Assembly: GCA_944321085.1 (NCBI GenBank)
Contig: CALUJY010000008.1
Coordinates: 68,685-132,684 of the forward strand
Direction of reading: 5' to 3'
Length of the DNA stretch: 64,000 nt
From: an uncultured Barnesiella sp.
Lineage (GTDB): Bacteria; Bacteroidota; Bacteroidia; Bacteroidales; Barnesiellaceae_A
Below the pieces are notes generated by a model. The model did not search any database, was not told the origin of the DNA, and saw nothing but the letters and a program-made list of their open reading frames with translations. Both the position numbers and the translations under genes were made by a program. Position 1 is the first letter of the stretch. Every line of letters starts with the position of its first letter. Positions 10,373-20,081 of this stretch are shown one piece after another.

Positions 10373-10410
10373 AAGCAGCCGACTAACTGGTCAGGGGCAG
10401 TCGGCTGCTT
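10373..10410. terminator. bidirectional terminator hairpin between the MATE (+) and DedA (-) genes
   Basis: aagcagccgact-N14-agtcggctgctt, a 12-bp perfect stem flanked by A/T runs on both sides. Confidence 0.6.
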
Positions 10411-10432
10411 TTATATGATTTATCGGATATAC

Positions 10433-11095
10433 TTATTTGGTCTCTTCGTCCTCGGTAGGAACGGCGGTTGCCGGTTTCTTCTTATGAGATATCATGCGGT
10501 ATATAAGGAATAGAGCAACGATACCCAGCAATGCCCAAATGACGATTTTCAGTTCGTTGCTGTAATGGGCTACCGTGCTGTTCAACTGCTCGGGGGTTAC
10601 TACCGACCGTAAGGCGTAGCCTATGAGGGCGAGAATGGTGTTCCATATACCAGCTCCTATCGTGGTATAGAGTATGAATTTTCCGAAGTGCATCCGAGCC
10701 AGCCCGGCCGGTATCGATATAAGTTGGCGTACACCCGGTACAAGTCGGCCTATCAGTGTCGATATGACGCCGTGTTTGTTGAAGAATGCTTCGGCGTTGG
10801 CTATTTTCGAGGCGTCGAGCAAGCACAGATGCCCTATGCGGCTGTCGGCAAACTTATATACGATGGGACGGCCTATCCACAAGGCGAAGTAGTAGTTGAA
10901 TATGGCTCCCAAGTCGGCGCCTATGGTTCCGAAGACGATAATTAACAAGAGGTTCAGCTCTCCAAAGTATGCTGCGGGGGGAATTACGATTTCCGACGGG
11001 AAAGGAATAAACGAACTCTCGATGGTCATCAGGAGGGTGATGGTCCAATAGTTAAGGTGGTCTATGCACCACTGAATGAAAGGAATTGATTGCAT
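10433..11095 (-). CDS. DedA-family membrane protein
   Basis: 220 aa. LLMTIESSFIPFPSEIVIPPAAY and GRLVPGVRQLISIPAG are DedA/SNARE-associated signatures. Confidence 0.85.
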   Translation of the reverse strand: MQSIPFIQWCIDHLNYWTITLLMTIESSFIPFPSEIVIPPAAYFGELNLLLIIVFGTIGADLGAIFNYYFALWIGRPIVYKFADSRIGHLCLLDASKIANAEAFFNKHGVISTLIGRLVPGVRQLISIPAGLARMHFGKFILYTTIGAGIWNTILALIGYALRSVVTPEQLNSTVAHYSNELKIVIWALLGIVALFLIYRMISHKKKPATAVPTEDEETK

Positions 11096-11186
11096 AATTG
11101 TGTTTTGTATCGTTTGTAGTGAGGTCGGCAGCCGCTGCGCAATATAACGTTATGCCATGGCGTAACGCTTGCTGTTTTTCAGGTTG

Positions 11187-11194
11187 CAAAGTTA
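11187..11194 (-). promoter_or_regulatory. candidate -7 box TAACTTTG for the DedA gene
   Basis: Plus-strand caaagtta, 91 nt upstream of ATG 11095. Confidence 0.3.
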
Positions 11195-11420
11195 TGAATA
11201 AATTTCGAACCAGCTCTCTATCTGTGTCGATTTAATATGTTTTAGGTAATATACAGTTTGTGCCAATGGCCGATTACCGATATGACTGATTGCATGTCGA
11301 GGTTGTTGTTCGGTATTGCATCTGTCGGTTTTGCCGTATGATATAATCTCTTATGCCGCTATGGGCTCAAAGGCTGTGCAGTTGTAGTTGCAATTTATGC
11401 AATATCTCTGCGGCAGCGTG

Positions 11421-12026
11421 TCACAGCAGTATCTCCCATATCTTTTTATAGTAGGCAGCCTTCCACTCTATCGAGCGAGGGTAAGCGCGCGACGACGAAG
11501 GCATACGCCATACGGCGAGTGTTCTGTCGGCATATCCGACGGTAACACATTCGCCTACCGTCAGCGGCGAACATCCGGTAGCGGCTTGTAGCGTTTCGGC
11601 GGCCTTCTGTCCGGTGACGACAATAGTGTTGCAGAGAGGCATTCTTTGCAGCAGGTCGGCTATGTTTGTAGGATTTATTATTTGCAAGAATTGGTCTGAT
11701 GCGTTCTCTTTCAGCCGTACTACTTCTTGTGCTGTGTCGTAGAGGGCTATGCCATATCGGCGGCAGAAATTTTCTATCTTCTCTTTGTCGAATCGTTTTT
11801 CGCCCGCTATCACAAAATGGTCTTTGTTGCCGGTGGCGAGGTAGCCCCATATTCGCCACATATCGTTGTTCCAATTCGGATAGAAAAACTCCATGCACCA
11901 GCGTGTTTTGGGAGGCGGAAAGCTGCCCAGCATAAGCAGTCGGGCATTGGAAGGAAGAAATGGGATGAGAGGGTGCGTTTCGGTAGGCATAGGTTCTATA
12001 TAATATACTTTGCGGGGCTGTGACAA
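11421..12026 (-). CDS. uracil-DNA glycosylase superfamily protein (hypoxanthine/uracil-type)
   Basis: 201 aa. ARLLMLGSFPPPKTRW...FFYPNWNNDMWRIWG...MPSSSRAY matches the UDG-fold motifs of the Bacteroidetes family. The overlapping track ORF 11446..12120 in another frame has no such features. Confidence 0.7.
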   Translation of the reverse strand: MSQPRKVYYIEPMPTETHPLIPFLPSNARLLMLGSFPPPKTRWCMEFFYPNWNNDMWRIWGYLATGNKDHFVIAGEKRFDKEKIENFCRRYGIALYDTAQEVVRLKENASDQFLQIINPTNIADLLQRMPLCNTIVVTGQKAAETLQAATGCSPLTVGECVTVGYADRTLAVWRMPSSSRAYPRSIEWKAAYYKKIWEILL

Positions 12027-12070
12027 TCGTAAAAGTTGCCACAGCCCCGTTGTGAAGTTGATAGATAATG

Positions 12071-14041
12071 CTATTTCTTATAATTGTCCAATCCGGCATT
12101 GAGGAAATCCACAAAGGCATCTATATCTTCGTTAAACGAGTAGGAGCCTGTGAGGGGGTATCCCTCGTTATCCAATAATACGTAGAAGGGTTGAGCGTTG
12201 GCTCCGAATTTGCTCCGTTGCAGATAGCTCCATTTGTCGCCTACGGTCTTCAATACACGTTCGGTACCGTTCTCGACTACTGTGATAGGTACGGCAAGAG
12301 GAGTCTTGTCGTCGACGTAGAGCGATATGAGTACATATTCGTCGCGCATAATGTCGCGCACTTTCTCGTCGCTCCATACGGCAAGTTCCATCTTGCGACA
12401 GTTGACACAGCCATAGCCTGTGAAGTCGACCATGACGGGCTTGCCTTGTTGCAAGGCTGCTTGCATACCTTGGTCATAGTCTTCATATTCGGCTACTACC
12501 TCATCTTCGTAGAGCGAGAAGTCTTGCGTACTCATAGGCGGTGCAAATGCGCTGACAGCTTTGAGCGGGGCACCCCACAAACCTGGAATCATGTAGACGG
12601 CAAAGGCAAGCGAAATGAGCGCGAGGAAGAAGCGCGGTACGCTTACTTTATTGTCATCGTCGTCATGCGGGAATTTTATCTTGCCCAACAGGTACAAGCC
12701 CAATAGTGCGAATATGATAATCCATAGAGCAATGAATGTTTCGCGGTCGAGGATATGCCAGCCATAAGCGAGGTCGGCAACGGAGAGGAATTTCAGTGCG
12801 AAAGCGAGTTCGAGGAAGCCAAGTACTACCTTCACGCAATTCATCCATCCGCCGGAGCGAGGCATCGACTTCAACCATGACGGGAAGAGAGCAAAGAGCG
12901 TAAACGGCAGTGCCAAAGCGATGGCGAAGCCCAACATACCCAATGCAGGTGCCAAGATAGAGCCCGTAGTCGATACCTCAACCAAGAGGAAACCTATGAT
13001 GGGACCTGTGCAGGAGAACGATACCAGCGTAAGGGTAAATGCCATGAGGAAGATGCTGAGCAATCCGCTTGTCTTCTCGGCTTTGCTATCTACGGCGTTG
13101 CTCCACGATGCGGGAAGTGTTATCTCGAATGCTCCGAAGAACGAGGCCGCAAATACTACCAGCATCAGGAAGAAGAAGATATTGAATATGGCGTTGGTCG
13201 ATAAGGCATTGAGCGCGCTGGCTCCGAAGATGAGCGTGATGATAAGTCCTAAGGCGACATATATCACTATGATAGAAATACCATAGGTGATGGCATCGCG
13301 AATGCCCTTCTTTTTGTCTTGCGCGCGTTTCAGGAAGAAACTTACGGTCATGGGGATGATGGGCCATACACATGGAGTAAAGAGGGCGATTAATCCGCCT
13401 ACGAATCCGGCAAGCAGGATATACCACCACGATTGCTCGGTAGGAATCTTCTCCTCTCCGGCTGTTGAGAGCTCGTCTATGACCGGACGCCACAGCGGAT
13501 TTATCTCGGTATTGTCGGTGTTGTCCGATACATTGCTGCTTGCAGGAGCGGCCGTGGCGGTCTCTTTTGCGGCTACGGCCGAGGCGAAGTCAAACGGTAC
13601 TTGTGTAGGAGGAAGGCAGTTCATGTCGTTGCAGGCGGCATATTCCAGATATCCGGTCACATGATATTGTGTGGTATCGGCTATTGTGATGCGTTGCACG
13701 AAAGTGCCTTTATCTACGAAGTATGTCAGTTCCATCTCGAACATCGAGTCGAATTCGCGGGTTATTTCGCTGGCAGGTGTCAGTCCGCCGTCCAGTTCCA
13801 CCCCCTCGGTAGTCTCCATCGTAATGGTAGCCGGGGTAGGGCCTCCGTCGGGAATATCGGTCGAATAGAGATGCCATCCGGCATCTATTGTGGCATTGAA
13901 AACGATTTCTGCCTCGTGCTCCGACACCATTTTCAGCTCCGTTTCCCATTTAATGGGGTCAACGATTTGCGCCTGTAACGGGCTGCCGAGAGAGAATGCC
14001 GCAAGAGCCAGCAGGGAGATTTGCAACAGTTGTTTTTTCAT
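12071..14041 (-). CDS. dsbD: thiol:disulfide interchange protein DsbD-family (membrane electron transporter with C-terminal thioredoxin domain)
   Basis: 656 aa. Signal peptide, N-terminal periplasmic domain, multi-TM core with FTPCVWP and SFSCTGP cysteines, and a C-terminal Trx domain FTGYGCVNCRKME. Confidence 0.85.
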   Translation of the reverse strand: MKKQLLQISLLALAAFSLGSPLQAQIVDPIKWETELKMVSEHEAEIVFNATIDAGWHLYSTDIPDGGPTPATITMETTEGVELDGGLTPASEITREFDSMFEMELTYFVDKGTFVQRITIADTTQYHVTGYLEYAACNDMNCLPPTQVPFDFASAVAAKETATAAPASSNVSDNTDNTEINPLWRPVIDELSTAGEEKIPTEQSWWYILLAGFVGGLIALFTPCVWPIIPMTVSFFLKRAQDKKKGIRDAITYGISIIVIYVALGLIITLIFGASALNALSTNAIFNIFFFLMLVVFAASFFGAFEITLPASWSNAVDSKAEKTSGLLSIFLMAFTLTLVSFSCTGPIIGFLLVEVSTTGSILAPALGMLGFAIALALPFTLFALFPSWLKSMPRSGGWMNCVKVVLGFLELAFALKFLSVADLAYGWHILDRETFIALWIIIFALLGLYLLGKIKFPHDDDDNKVSVPRFFLALISLAFAVYMIPGLWGAPLKAVSAFAPPMSTQDFSLYEDEVVAEYEDYDQGMQAALQQGKPVMVDFTGYGCVNCRKMELAVWSDEKVRDIMRDEYVLISLYVDDKTPLAVPITVVENGTERVLKTVGDKWSYLQRSKFGANAQPFYVLLDNEGYPLTGSYSFNEDIDAFVDFLNAGLDNYKK

Positions 14042-14076
14042 ATACGAATATTCATTTTACTCATTTATACACCGTA

Positions 14077-14110
14077 GGGCTGCGACGAAATCAATATTTC
14101 GCCGCAGCCC
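14077..14110 (-). terminator. stem-loop between the T9SS-cargo gene and dsbD
   Basis: gggctgcgacgaaat-caat-atttcgccgcagccc, a 15-bp stem with one mismatch. There is no clear U-tract on the minus strand. Confidence 0.4.
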
Positions 14111-14145
14111 CTTGTTTATGTCAGGCAGGGATGTGCATCCCTGTT

Positions 14146-16047
14146 TTACAGGATTACTTTGTGGGTTTGTACATTACCATCGGCTGTTACACGTACAATG
14201 TATGCACCGCGGCCTTTCACGGGACAGTCTATCGTGGTGAGGCCTTGTGCCATGCGGGGAGCAGCCTTGTATACGAGTGTTCCATCCATAGCATATACCT
14301 CTACATTTGTAGTGGCAGCAGCAGGTATGTCGGCTTCTACGCGGATACCGTCGCCTGTTCTATATGCGCGGCTGGCAATAGCGTCGCCTTTGGTAGCTGT
14401 TACAGCTGAGTTGCAGGGCGAAATGTCGCATTGTGCTGCATTGACAATATATCCGCTCTCCAAATCTATAAGCAACGCAATTACTTGACAGTTGTCGGGT
14501 ACCAATACGTCGGTAGGCAGTTCGAGCTCACGATTATATTTATAAGTTACATCGCGTTGTACGTCATCAGGAATGCTGCCTTTTATGCCTGTGCTGGGGT
14601 CGTCGTATATGGCACGGGCTACCTCTTGGTAGAACATATCAGCAGCCGGTATGGAGCTGGGCATGTTTTCATATCCTCCCATCGGACCATATCCGCCACC
14701 TGAGTAGTAGTTCGATTGATTGTAATTGCTGTCGCCGGGTTTGTTAACATCATTTTCGATGATAACCAATGCCAATTGCATGCCGATGTCACTACCTGTC
14801 GTGGCAAACGTTGTAGAGGTTTGCGTAAACAATTTTGTCTTGTTTTCATCAGCCCATTCGGCATAAATCGATACGTCGGCCCATGCTGCATCATTGATAT
14901 AGGTTTGATAGAAGCGGGGTAAATCCGAGGGGTCTCCGTTTTGGGTCTTACGCATGGCAAGAGCAAAGGGTGCAGAGCCTCCAGAGTAGCTTTGTATCAG
15001 TGATGCATATGCATTTGATTGCTCTGTGTGCATAATGTCACCGACGTGAACGGCAATACCTATGAATGTTTCGGGATATGTCTCCTCCATTTGCTCCATG
15101 TAATAGTGTCCACGGGGGCAGAATCCACACCATGCACCGGTAGCCTCTTCACCTACAATACGCTTGGTAGGCTGGTATGCTTGTGAGAGGATACATCCTT
15201 CTTCTTGTATTGTCTCTCCTTGATTAATGGTTATCGATACGGTGAAGTTCTGCGGTTCTCCGGGGGTGGGAGCCGGCAGTGATTGGTTGAAGGTAAATGA
15301 ATGTGTGGCGTTAGGCTCTACATTGAGGCCTTCATAGGTACGCGAGGTGGTGAAGTCGCCGCAGGTGAGAGTTGCCGTGTATTCGGTAATGGTGGTGGCA
15401 CCACCAGCTGTCACTGTACCGGTAATGCGTTGTCCGGTAGAAGCATCCTCTTGCAGACGTTTGTAGCTGAGAGACATTTTGGCTATCGGCGGTATGCCTA
15501 CAAAGATATCGTCTATGATAAGGAAGTCTTTGGCCATCGATACATTGACAAAAGCAATGTATATTGTTTGTCCGGCAAAGGCGCTCAAATCATAGCTGTA
15601 TTTGGCAAGATCTGAACGGATAGACAGATTTTCTTCCAATACGTTTGTAAAGTCTGTGGTTTCGACACCCGTGGTGGAGACGAGTACATCCAGCTTACCT
15701 ATTTTGGTTTTGGTGCTGAGAGATACTGTTTGCGACTTGAAAGTTAATGTTTGTCCCTCTCCTACGACAATGGCGGGTGTAATGAGCCAGTCTTCGGCAA
15801 GGCCTATGGGCGTGTACGACGAGTTGCTGACGGCCGCAGGGTTTCGGTCGACTTGCATTACCTGCCATGCTATGCCCGGAGCGAAGCCATATTGTTGGGC
15901 TGCACTATTAGGGGTTCTGCCGTCGATGTCGTATGTGGTGAAACCTTCCAAACCGTTGGAGAAATCACACTCATAGGCTGTTTGGGCATTGAGTGCCGAC
16001 ATGCCGCACAGTAGCAAACCGGCAAGGGGTAATAGTCTTTTTTTCAT
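14146..16047 (-). CDS. T9SS-secreted multidomain protein with an Omp28-like thioredoxin-fold CxxC module
   Basis: 633 aa. Signal peptide MKKRLLPLAGLLLCGMSALNAQ, an N-terminal choice-of-anchor-J-like domain (DWLITPAI), a central EEATGAWCGFCPRG motif, and a C-terminal T9SS sorting domain (VEVYAMDGTLVY...GAYIVRVTADGNVQTHKVIL). Confidence 0.7.
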   Translation of the reverse strand: MKKRLLPLAGLLLCGMSALNAQTAYECDFSNGLEGFTTYDIDGRTPNSAAQQYGFAPGIAWQVMQVDRNPAAVSNSSYTPIGLAEDWLITPAIVVGEGQTLTFKSQTVSLSTKTKIGKLDVLVSTTGVETTDFTNVLEENLSIRSDLAKYSYDLSAFAGQTIYIAFVNVSMAKDFLIIDDIFVGIPPIAKMSLSYKRLQEDASTGQRITGTVTAGGATTITEYTATLTCGDFTTSRTYEGLNVEPNATHSFTFNQSLPAPTPGEPQNFTVSITINQGETIQEEGCILSQAYQPTKRIVGEEATGAWCGFCPRGHYYMEQMEETYPETFIGIAVHVGDIMHTEQSNAYASLIQSYSGGSAPFALAMRKTQNGDPSDLPRFYQTYINDAAWADVSIYAEWADENKTKLFTQTSTTFATTGSDIGMQLALVIIENDVNKPGDSNYNQSNYYSGGGYGPMGGYENMPSSIPAADMFYQEVARAIYDDPSTGIKGSIPDDVQRDVTYKYNRELELPTDVLVPDNCQVIALLIDLESGYIVNAAQCDISPCNSAVTATKGDAIASRAYRTGDGIRVEADIPAAATTNVEVYAMDGTLVYKAAPRMAQGLTTIDCPVKGRGAYIVRVTADGNVQTHKVIL

Positions 16048-16059
16048 AATAGTTGTATA

Positions 16060-16785
16060 TTAGCGGATGATGATTTTGTGTGATTTTAGGTTGCGGCCGT
16101 TTTCTACAAGGGTGTAGATGTAAATGCCTTTCGGCAGTTGTGCCGATACCCATTTTTCGCCCGAAGTGTTGTCTAATGTAAAGCTGGCTACTTGTGCGCC
16201 TACCATATTGCTGATGACAACTTGGCGCGAAGCCTCTTTGTCGAAGCTGTAACGGCATACGAGGTTGTTGCCGCTTTGTATTACGGTGAATTGTTTCAAG
16301 GCAGAGGTAAGCGTTTCGCTGGCAAGGTATGCCGGGTAGTCGTATGTTACGGTTACGGCTTGATAGTCAGTGCCTTCTTCATCATCGACATTCATTAAGA
16401 TGTAGTATGCAATGGCTTTCGATGTTTCACCATTAGGTATGAATTGTGTGTGGAAGTCGGTTGTTTCACCACCTGCCGGCACAGTGATTACGCTGGTTTC
16501 TGTTGCGGAGGGTGCGTAGCAAGAGCCTCCTACGCAGAGGGCTAAAAAGCTGTTGTCTTCATTGGAGATGACGCTGGTTTGTATGACAATGTTTACATCG
16601 TGGTCGGTCATGTTGCGCAAGGTAGGCGCCCATTCCATTTGTCCCATTATTTCGTCATATTCATACAGCCTTATGTTGGCGTCGTTTTCAATAATTTCGC
16701 CGTTTTGTACGAAACGCACCGATTGCGCTTGCATGTATCCTATGGCGCAAAGGGCAATCGATGCCAAAAGTAATGTTCTCTTCAT
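16060..16785 (-). CDS. T9SS C-terminal-domain secreted protein, function unknown
   Basis: 241 aa. Signal peptide ending AQ, and a C-terminus VVISNMVGAQVASFTL..LPKGIYIYTLVENGRNLKSHKIIIR that is typical of the Por secretion tail. Confidence 0.6.
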   Translation of the reverse strand: MKRTLLLASIALCAIGYMQAQSVRFVQNGEIIENDANIRLYEYDEIMGQMEWAPTLRNMTDHDVNIVIQTSVISNEDNSFLALCVGGSCYAPSATETSVITVPAGGETTDFHTQFIPNGETSKAIAYYILMNVDDEEGTDYQAVTVTYDYPAYLASETLTSALKQFTVIQSGNNLVCRYSFDKEASRQVVISNMVGAQVASFTLDNTSGEKWVSAQLPKGIYIYTLVENGRNLKSHKIIIR

Positions 16786-16817
16786 ATTGTATCCTTTCTT
16801 TTATTAGGGGTGGGTAT

Positions 16818-17669
16818 TTATTCTAATGTTTGGTCGGGTATTACCGGGCATTCGTTGCATTGCAGAACGACGCGGTTGCCGCTACCTTCGCAGGCAAAAG
16901 CTACGATGTGGCAGTTGTCGGCGTTCCACTCGGCAGGAAGTGTAACGGTGTGGGAGTAGGTTGTTGTTTCGCCTTGCGGCAGCGAAGTAAGGCTCTCGCC
17001 CCATGTGCCATTGACGGCAGTGCGTAACACGTGGTTGTGTACATAGTCGTAAATGAGTTCGCTACCGTTCATTTGTGCTGCTACAATGCCGCTCTCGGTG
17101 AGATAGATTTGCAAATTGAGATTAGCGGGCATATTTTGTAAGGCCTCTATCGTGGTAGTGATGGTGGCTGTGCGCGATGTTTCATCGTAGCTGCACGTCG
17201 GGATTATCTCCATGATAGGCTCTTCGGCCAATTCGGCGATGACCGATGTCATCCACTTGTCGCGTATGGTAGAGGCTACAACGCCGTCGAAGGTCTTGCG
17301 GTCGACCATGGCAGCCGGGTAGCCTTGGGGAGAGTAAGTCTCGTTATAGGTATTTCCGGCTTCGGTACGAAAGTCCATATCGCTGAATGCACTTCCCGTA
17401 GGCATGGCATACATGCCGGCATGGATGGCAACGGCAATCACGCGCCCTTCGTAGTAGGCTTGTATATCGGCAATGGTTTGTGCGCCCGTTGGGCAGTTGG
17501 GACATTTCCGTCCGGTAAATTCTTCGATAAGCACACGTTTTACGGCCGTTGTGGGAGGCTCGGGGGTCGTTTCCATGATGTAACGGTCGTTTTCGCCTAT
17601 CACATCGCAAGCCGTGAAGATACCTGCGAATAATGTGGTTGCAATGATATATAGTGGTATGCGTTTCAT
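16818..17669 (-). CDS. Omp28-related thioredoxin-fold lipoprotein (CPNC)
   Basis: Track ORF 16818..17732 trimmed to MKRIPLYIIATTLFAGIFTAC (lipoprotein signal). VLIEEFTGRKCPNCPTG is the Omp28-family motif. Confidence 0.65.
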   Translation of the reverse strand: MKRIPLYIIATTLFAGIFTACDVIGENDRYIMETTPEPPTTAVKRVLIEEFTGRKCPNCPTGAQTIADIQAYYEGRVIAVAIHAGMYAMPTGSAFSDMDFRTEAGNTYNETYSPQGYPAAMVDRKTFDGVVASTIRDKWMTSVIAELAEEPIMEIIPTCSYDETSRTATITTTIEALQNMPANLNLQIYLTESGIVAAQMNGSELIYDYVHNHVLRTAVNGTWGESLTSLPQGETTTYSHTVTLPAEWNADNCHIVAFACEGSGNRVVLQCNECPVIPDQTLE

Positions 17670-17674
17670 TCGTG

Positions 17675-19342
17675 TCAGAAGTTGTAAGAGTATGAGATTT
17701 GAACACCTCGTGTAGCCGGGATGTAGCGGCATACGCCACCGGCACAGTTATATCCGGCGCGGGTGCGTACGTAGCCTGCTTGCAGGCGGTGTGACTTGTA
17801 GGTGCCGGTAACAAGGGCTTGGTAATAGTGCAAGTTGGTGCTGCCGGTATTCCACATGTCGGATACGGTAAACATCAGGTAGGGAAGTACCGATACTTCG
17901 GCAAGTCCGTATACCCAATCGCCTTGGTCTTGCTTGGTGTGCAGGTATTGCAACTCTACACGGGCGGTGACTTTGCGGCTTATCTGATACTTGCCGTCGA
18001 GTACGATGATGTGCGAGTTGATCATACCGCCTTCGCCTTCGATGACACTCTTATTGTACTTTTGGAACATGTACATGGCATTGAGCTTGAAGTCTTTGGT
18101 AAACTTCTTGTTTATCTCTAATCCGGCTTCGGCGTAGAGCAAACCTCCCATTCCGAAGAAAGGCGAGGTGTAGCCGTCGCTACCCATGGCGCCGTATTTG
18201 CCTACGGTGGCATTGGCGAGCGTGGGCTCTACCATGTTGCGTTCAATGTCGTAGATGAGAGACCCTCTCAAAATAAGGTCGGTGCCGTAACGTCCGCCCA
18301 GCGCGGTCTTGCGCTTGAAGGTGTAGCGGAATTCGCCTTGGAAAGCCCATTCACCCATCATCTGTGTGGCATAGGGATAGAGGGCTGCAAGGGCATAGGT
18401 GTGCTGGTATGTGAAAGCCGGCAGGTAGTTGATATAGCATGCCGATGATTTAGGATCGGCCGAACGCTCGGTACGGAACGCAAAGTTATCGCTGCGTTTG
18501 GCTTGCAGCAAAAGGCTCATACCGCGTTGCGAATAGGATGCCGAGAGCATGGCAACTTGTCCGGGACGGTATATGTAGCCGTTGCTTGCTGAGGGGTCAT
18601 TGGCTTTGTAGGCATACTCGGCAAGCAGGTCGAAGCCTCCTTTGCCGAACTTGATGCGCGCATCGAAAGCACCTACGTTCTGCGGCAGATTGAGCCGATA
18701 TCCGGGAGCGGCATAAATATCCTCGTCGCCTTCGTGTCGCGATACATAGGAGAGTCCCAACATCAACCGGGTGTTGTGCTCGTTCATGGGCTTTATCCAA
18801 TCTTCGAATGTAAGTTCGAGGTCGCCACCGTAGATGGCGGCATTGGTCCATTCCCAATAATCGCGCTGCACACCTCCCAACACCTTGATGCGTGCGCCCG
18901 GGATGATGGAGGTGACGACACGGCCTCCTAAGATGGAGTTGTCGACACCTAACGACCGCTCTTCATAGCCATATAGGATGAAGCCGCTGCCGAATTGTTC
19001 GTAGAACGTACCTCCCGTAATTTCCGTCTTGGCGATATTGCCGGTGGCGTAGAAATGCGGCAAACCCCACCCCTTGAAGTCTTGCTCGAAGCCGGGGAGG
19101 GGATATTCCAGAAATTCTACACGCAAACCTGCCGAGATGTATTTGCTGAATGCGTTCAGCGTCAGGTAGGTATTGGTATTGAAAACGCCGGTATTTTCAG
19201 TGCCTATGGCGTCGTCTTGTTGGGGGACGAGCATGTCGCTTTGGATATTTCCTGTGATAGAGGCTTCACCCAAATCTACGGCATACGATGTGCCAATGGC
19301 GGTCAGTACGATGGCTGTAACAAGTGTTATGTGACGTTTCAT
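17675..19342 (-). CDS. putative outer-membrane beta-barrel protein (DUF6029-like, from memory)
   Basis: 555 aa. Signal peptide MKRHITLVTAIVLTAIGTSYA, alternating aromatic/glycine-rich strands, and a C-terminal ...GVQISYSYNF with terminal Phe as in OMPs. Confidence 0.55.
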   Translation of the reverse strand: MKRHITLVTAIVLTAIGTSYAVDLGEASITGNIQSDMLVPQQDDAIGTENTGVFNTNTYLTLNAFSKYISAGLRVEFLEYPLPGFEQDFKGWGLPHFYATGNIAKTEITGGTFYEQFGSGFILYGYEERSLGVDNSILGGRVVTSIIPGARIKVLGGVQRDYWEWTNAAIYGGDLELTFEDWIKPMNEHNTRLMLGLSYVSRHEGDEDIYAAPGYRLNLPQNVGAFDARIKFGKGGFDLLAEYAYKANDPSASNGYIYRPGQVAMLSASYSQRGMSLLLQAKRSDNFAFRTERSADPKSSACYINYLPAFTYQHTYALAALYPYATQMMGEWAFQGEFRYTFKRKTALGGRYGTDLILRGSLIYDIERNMVEPTLANATVGKYGAMGSDGYTSPFFGMGGLLYAEAGLEINKKFTKDFKLNAMYMFQKYNKSVIEGEGGMINSHIIVLDGKYQISRKVTARVELQYLHTKQDQGDWVYGLAEVSVLPYLMFTVSDMWNTGSTNLHYYQALVTGTYKSHRLQAGYVRTRAGYNCAGGVCRYIPATRGVQISYSYNF

Positions 19343-19348
19343 CGGTTG

Positions 19349-19843
19349 TTATTTGCTTTTCTTGGCGATTGCATTGCGAACAACCTCGATGAGGTGGCTT
19401 TCAGACCCTTCGGTATATTGTGTACGTGTCTCTATAATGTTGTTATTGCCGTCGATAACAAATACTGTGGGTACAAGATTGACGCCCATGGCGCGTTTGA
19501 AGTCGCCGTTGGGGTCGAGTAATACTTCGTATTCATAGTTTTTGCTGTTGACCAGCGGTTTGACTTTCGACTCGTCTTGTGCCTTATCTATCGACACTGC
19601 GATAAGTTTGACGCCTGTTTCGTCTTGCCAGTCGGGATATACGTCGCGAATGGCATCCAATTCGCGCAGACAAGGTTTGCACCAAGTGGCGAAGAAGCTG
19701 ATGATGTAAGGCTTGCCGTCGTTGTTGAGTTTGGATGTGTCAACGCGTTTGCCGTCAATATCTTTCAGTTGAACAGAGGGGAGCTCTGCAAAAGATGTGA
19801 AAGCAAAGAATAATGCCGCAGCGGCAATCATAAACTTTTTCAT
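19349..19843 (-). CDS. TlpA-family periplasmic thiol-disulfide oxidoreductase
   Basis: Track ORF trimmed to MKKFMIAAAALFFAFTSFA (signal peptide). Contains FFATWCKPCLRELD and a thioredoxin fold. Confidence 0.85.
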   Translation of the reverse strand: MKKFMIAAAALFFAFTSFAELPSVQLKDIDGKRVDTSKLNNDGKPYIISFFATWCKPCLRELDAIRDVYPDWQDETGVKLIAVSIDKAQDESKVKPLVNSKNYEYEVLLDPNGDFKRAMGVNLVPTVFVIDGNNNIIETRTQYTEGSESHLIEVVRNAIAKKSK

Positions 19844-19992
19844 AACTATCAGTCTTTTATTAGGTGGTGTTATACATGATTTATATATCCCGAAAAGGCA
19901 GGCTGCATACCTTCTGTACGGAGTAGGGCAGGCATGGCTGCTCATAGAGAAGAAGGCCTTGGGCAGATGCTTTTGTCGGGTGCTTGTGAGGG

Positions 19993-20000
19993 CAAAAATA
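19993..20000 (-). promoter_or_regulatory. candidate -7 box TATTTTTG for the TlpA-to-T9SS operon
   Basis: Plus-strand caaaaata, 149 nt upstream of ATG 19843 (a long leader, so weak). Confidence 0.25.
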
Positions 20001-20081
20001 ATAAAATTTTCAGACAATTAGTCATATCGGGCGTAAAAAAACCGATTTTCTTCAAATCGTATCTATTTGTAGATAGGTCGG

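Noticed and set aside
11446-12120. A 224-aa ORF overlapping the UDG-family gene in another frame.
   Set aside because: Its translation is Arg/Ser/Pro-rich with no motif, and it overlaps the dsbD 3' end. The 201-aa frame carries the UDG-fold motifs.
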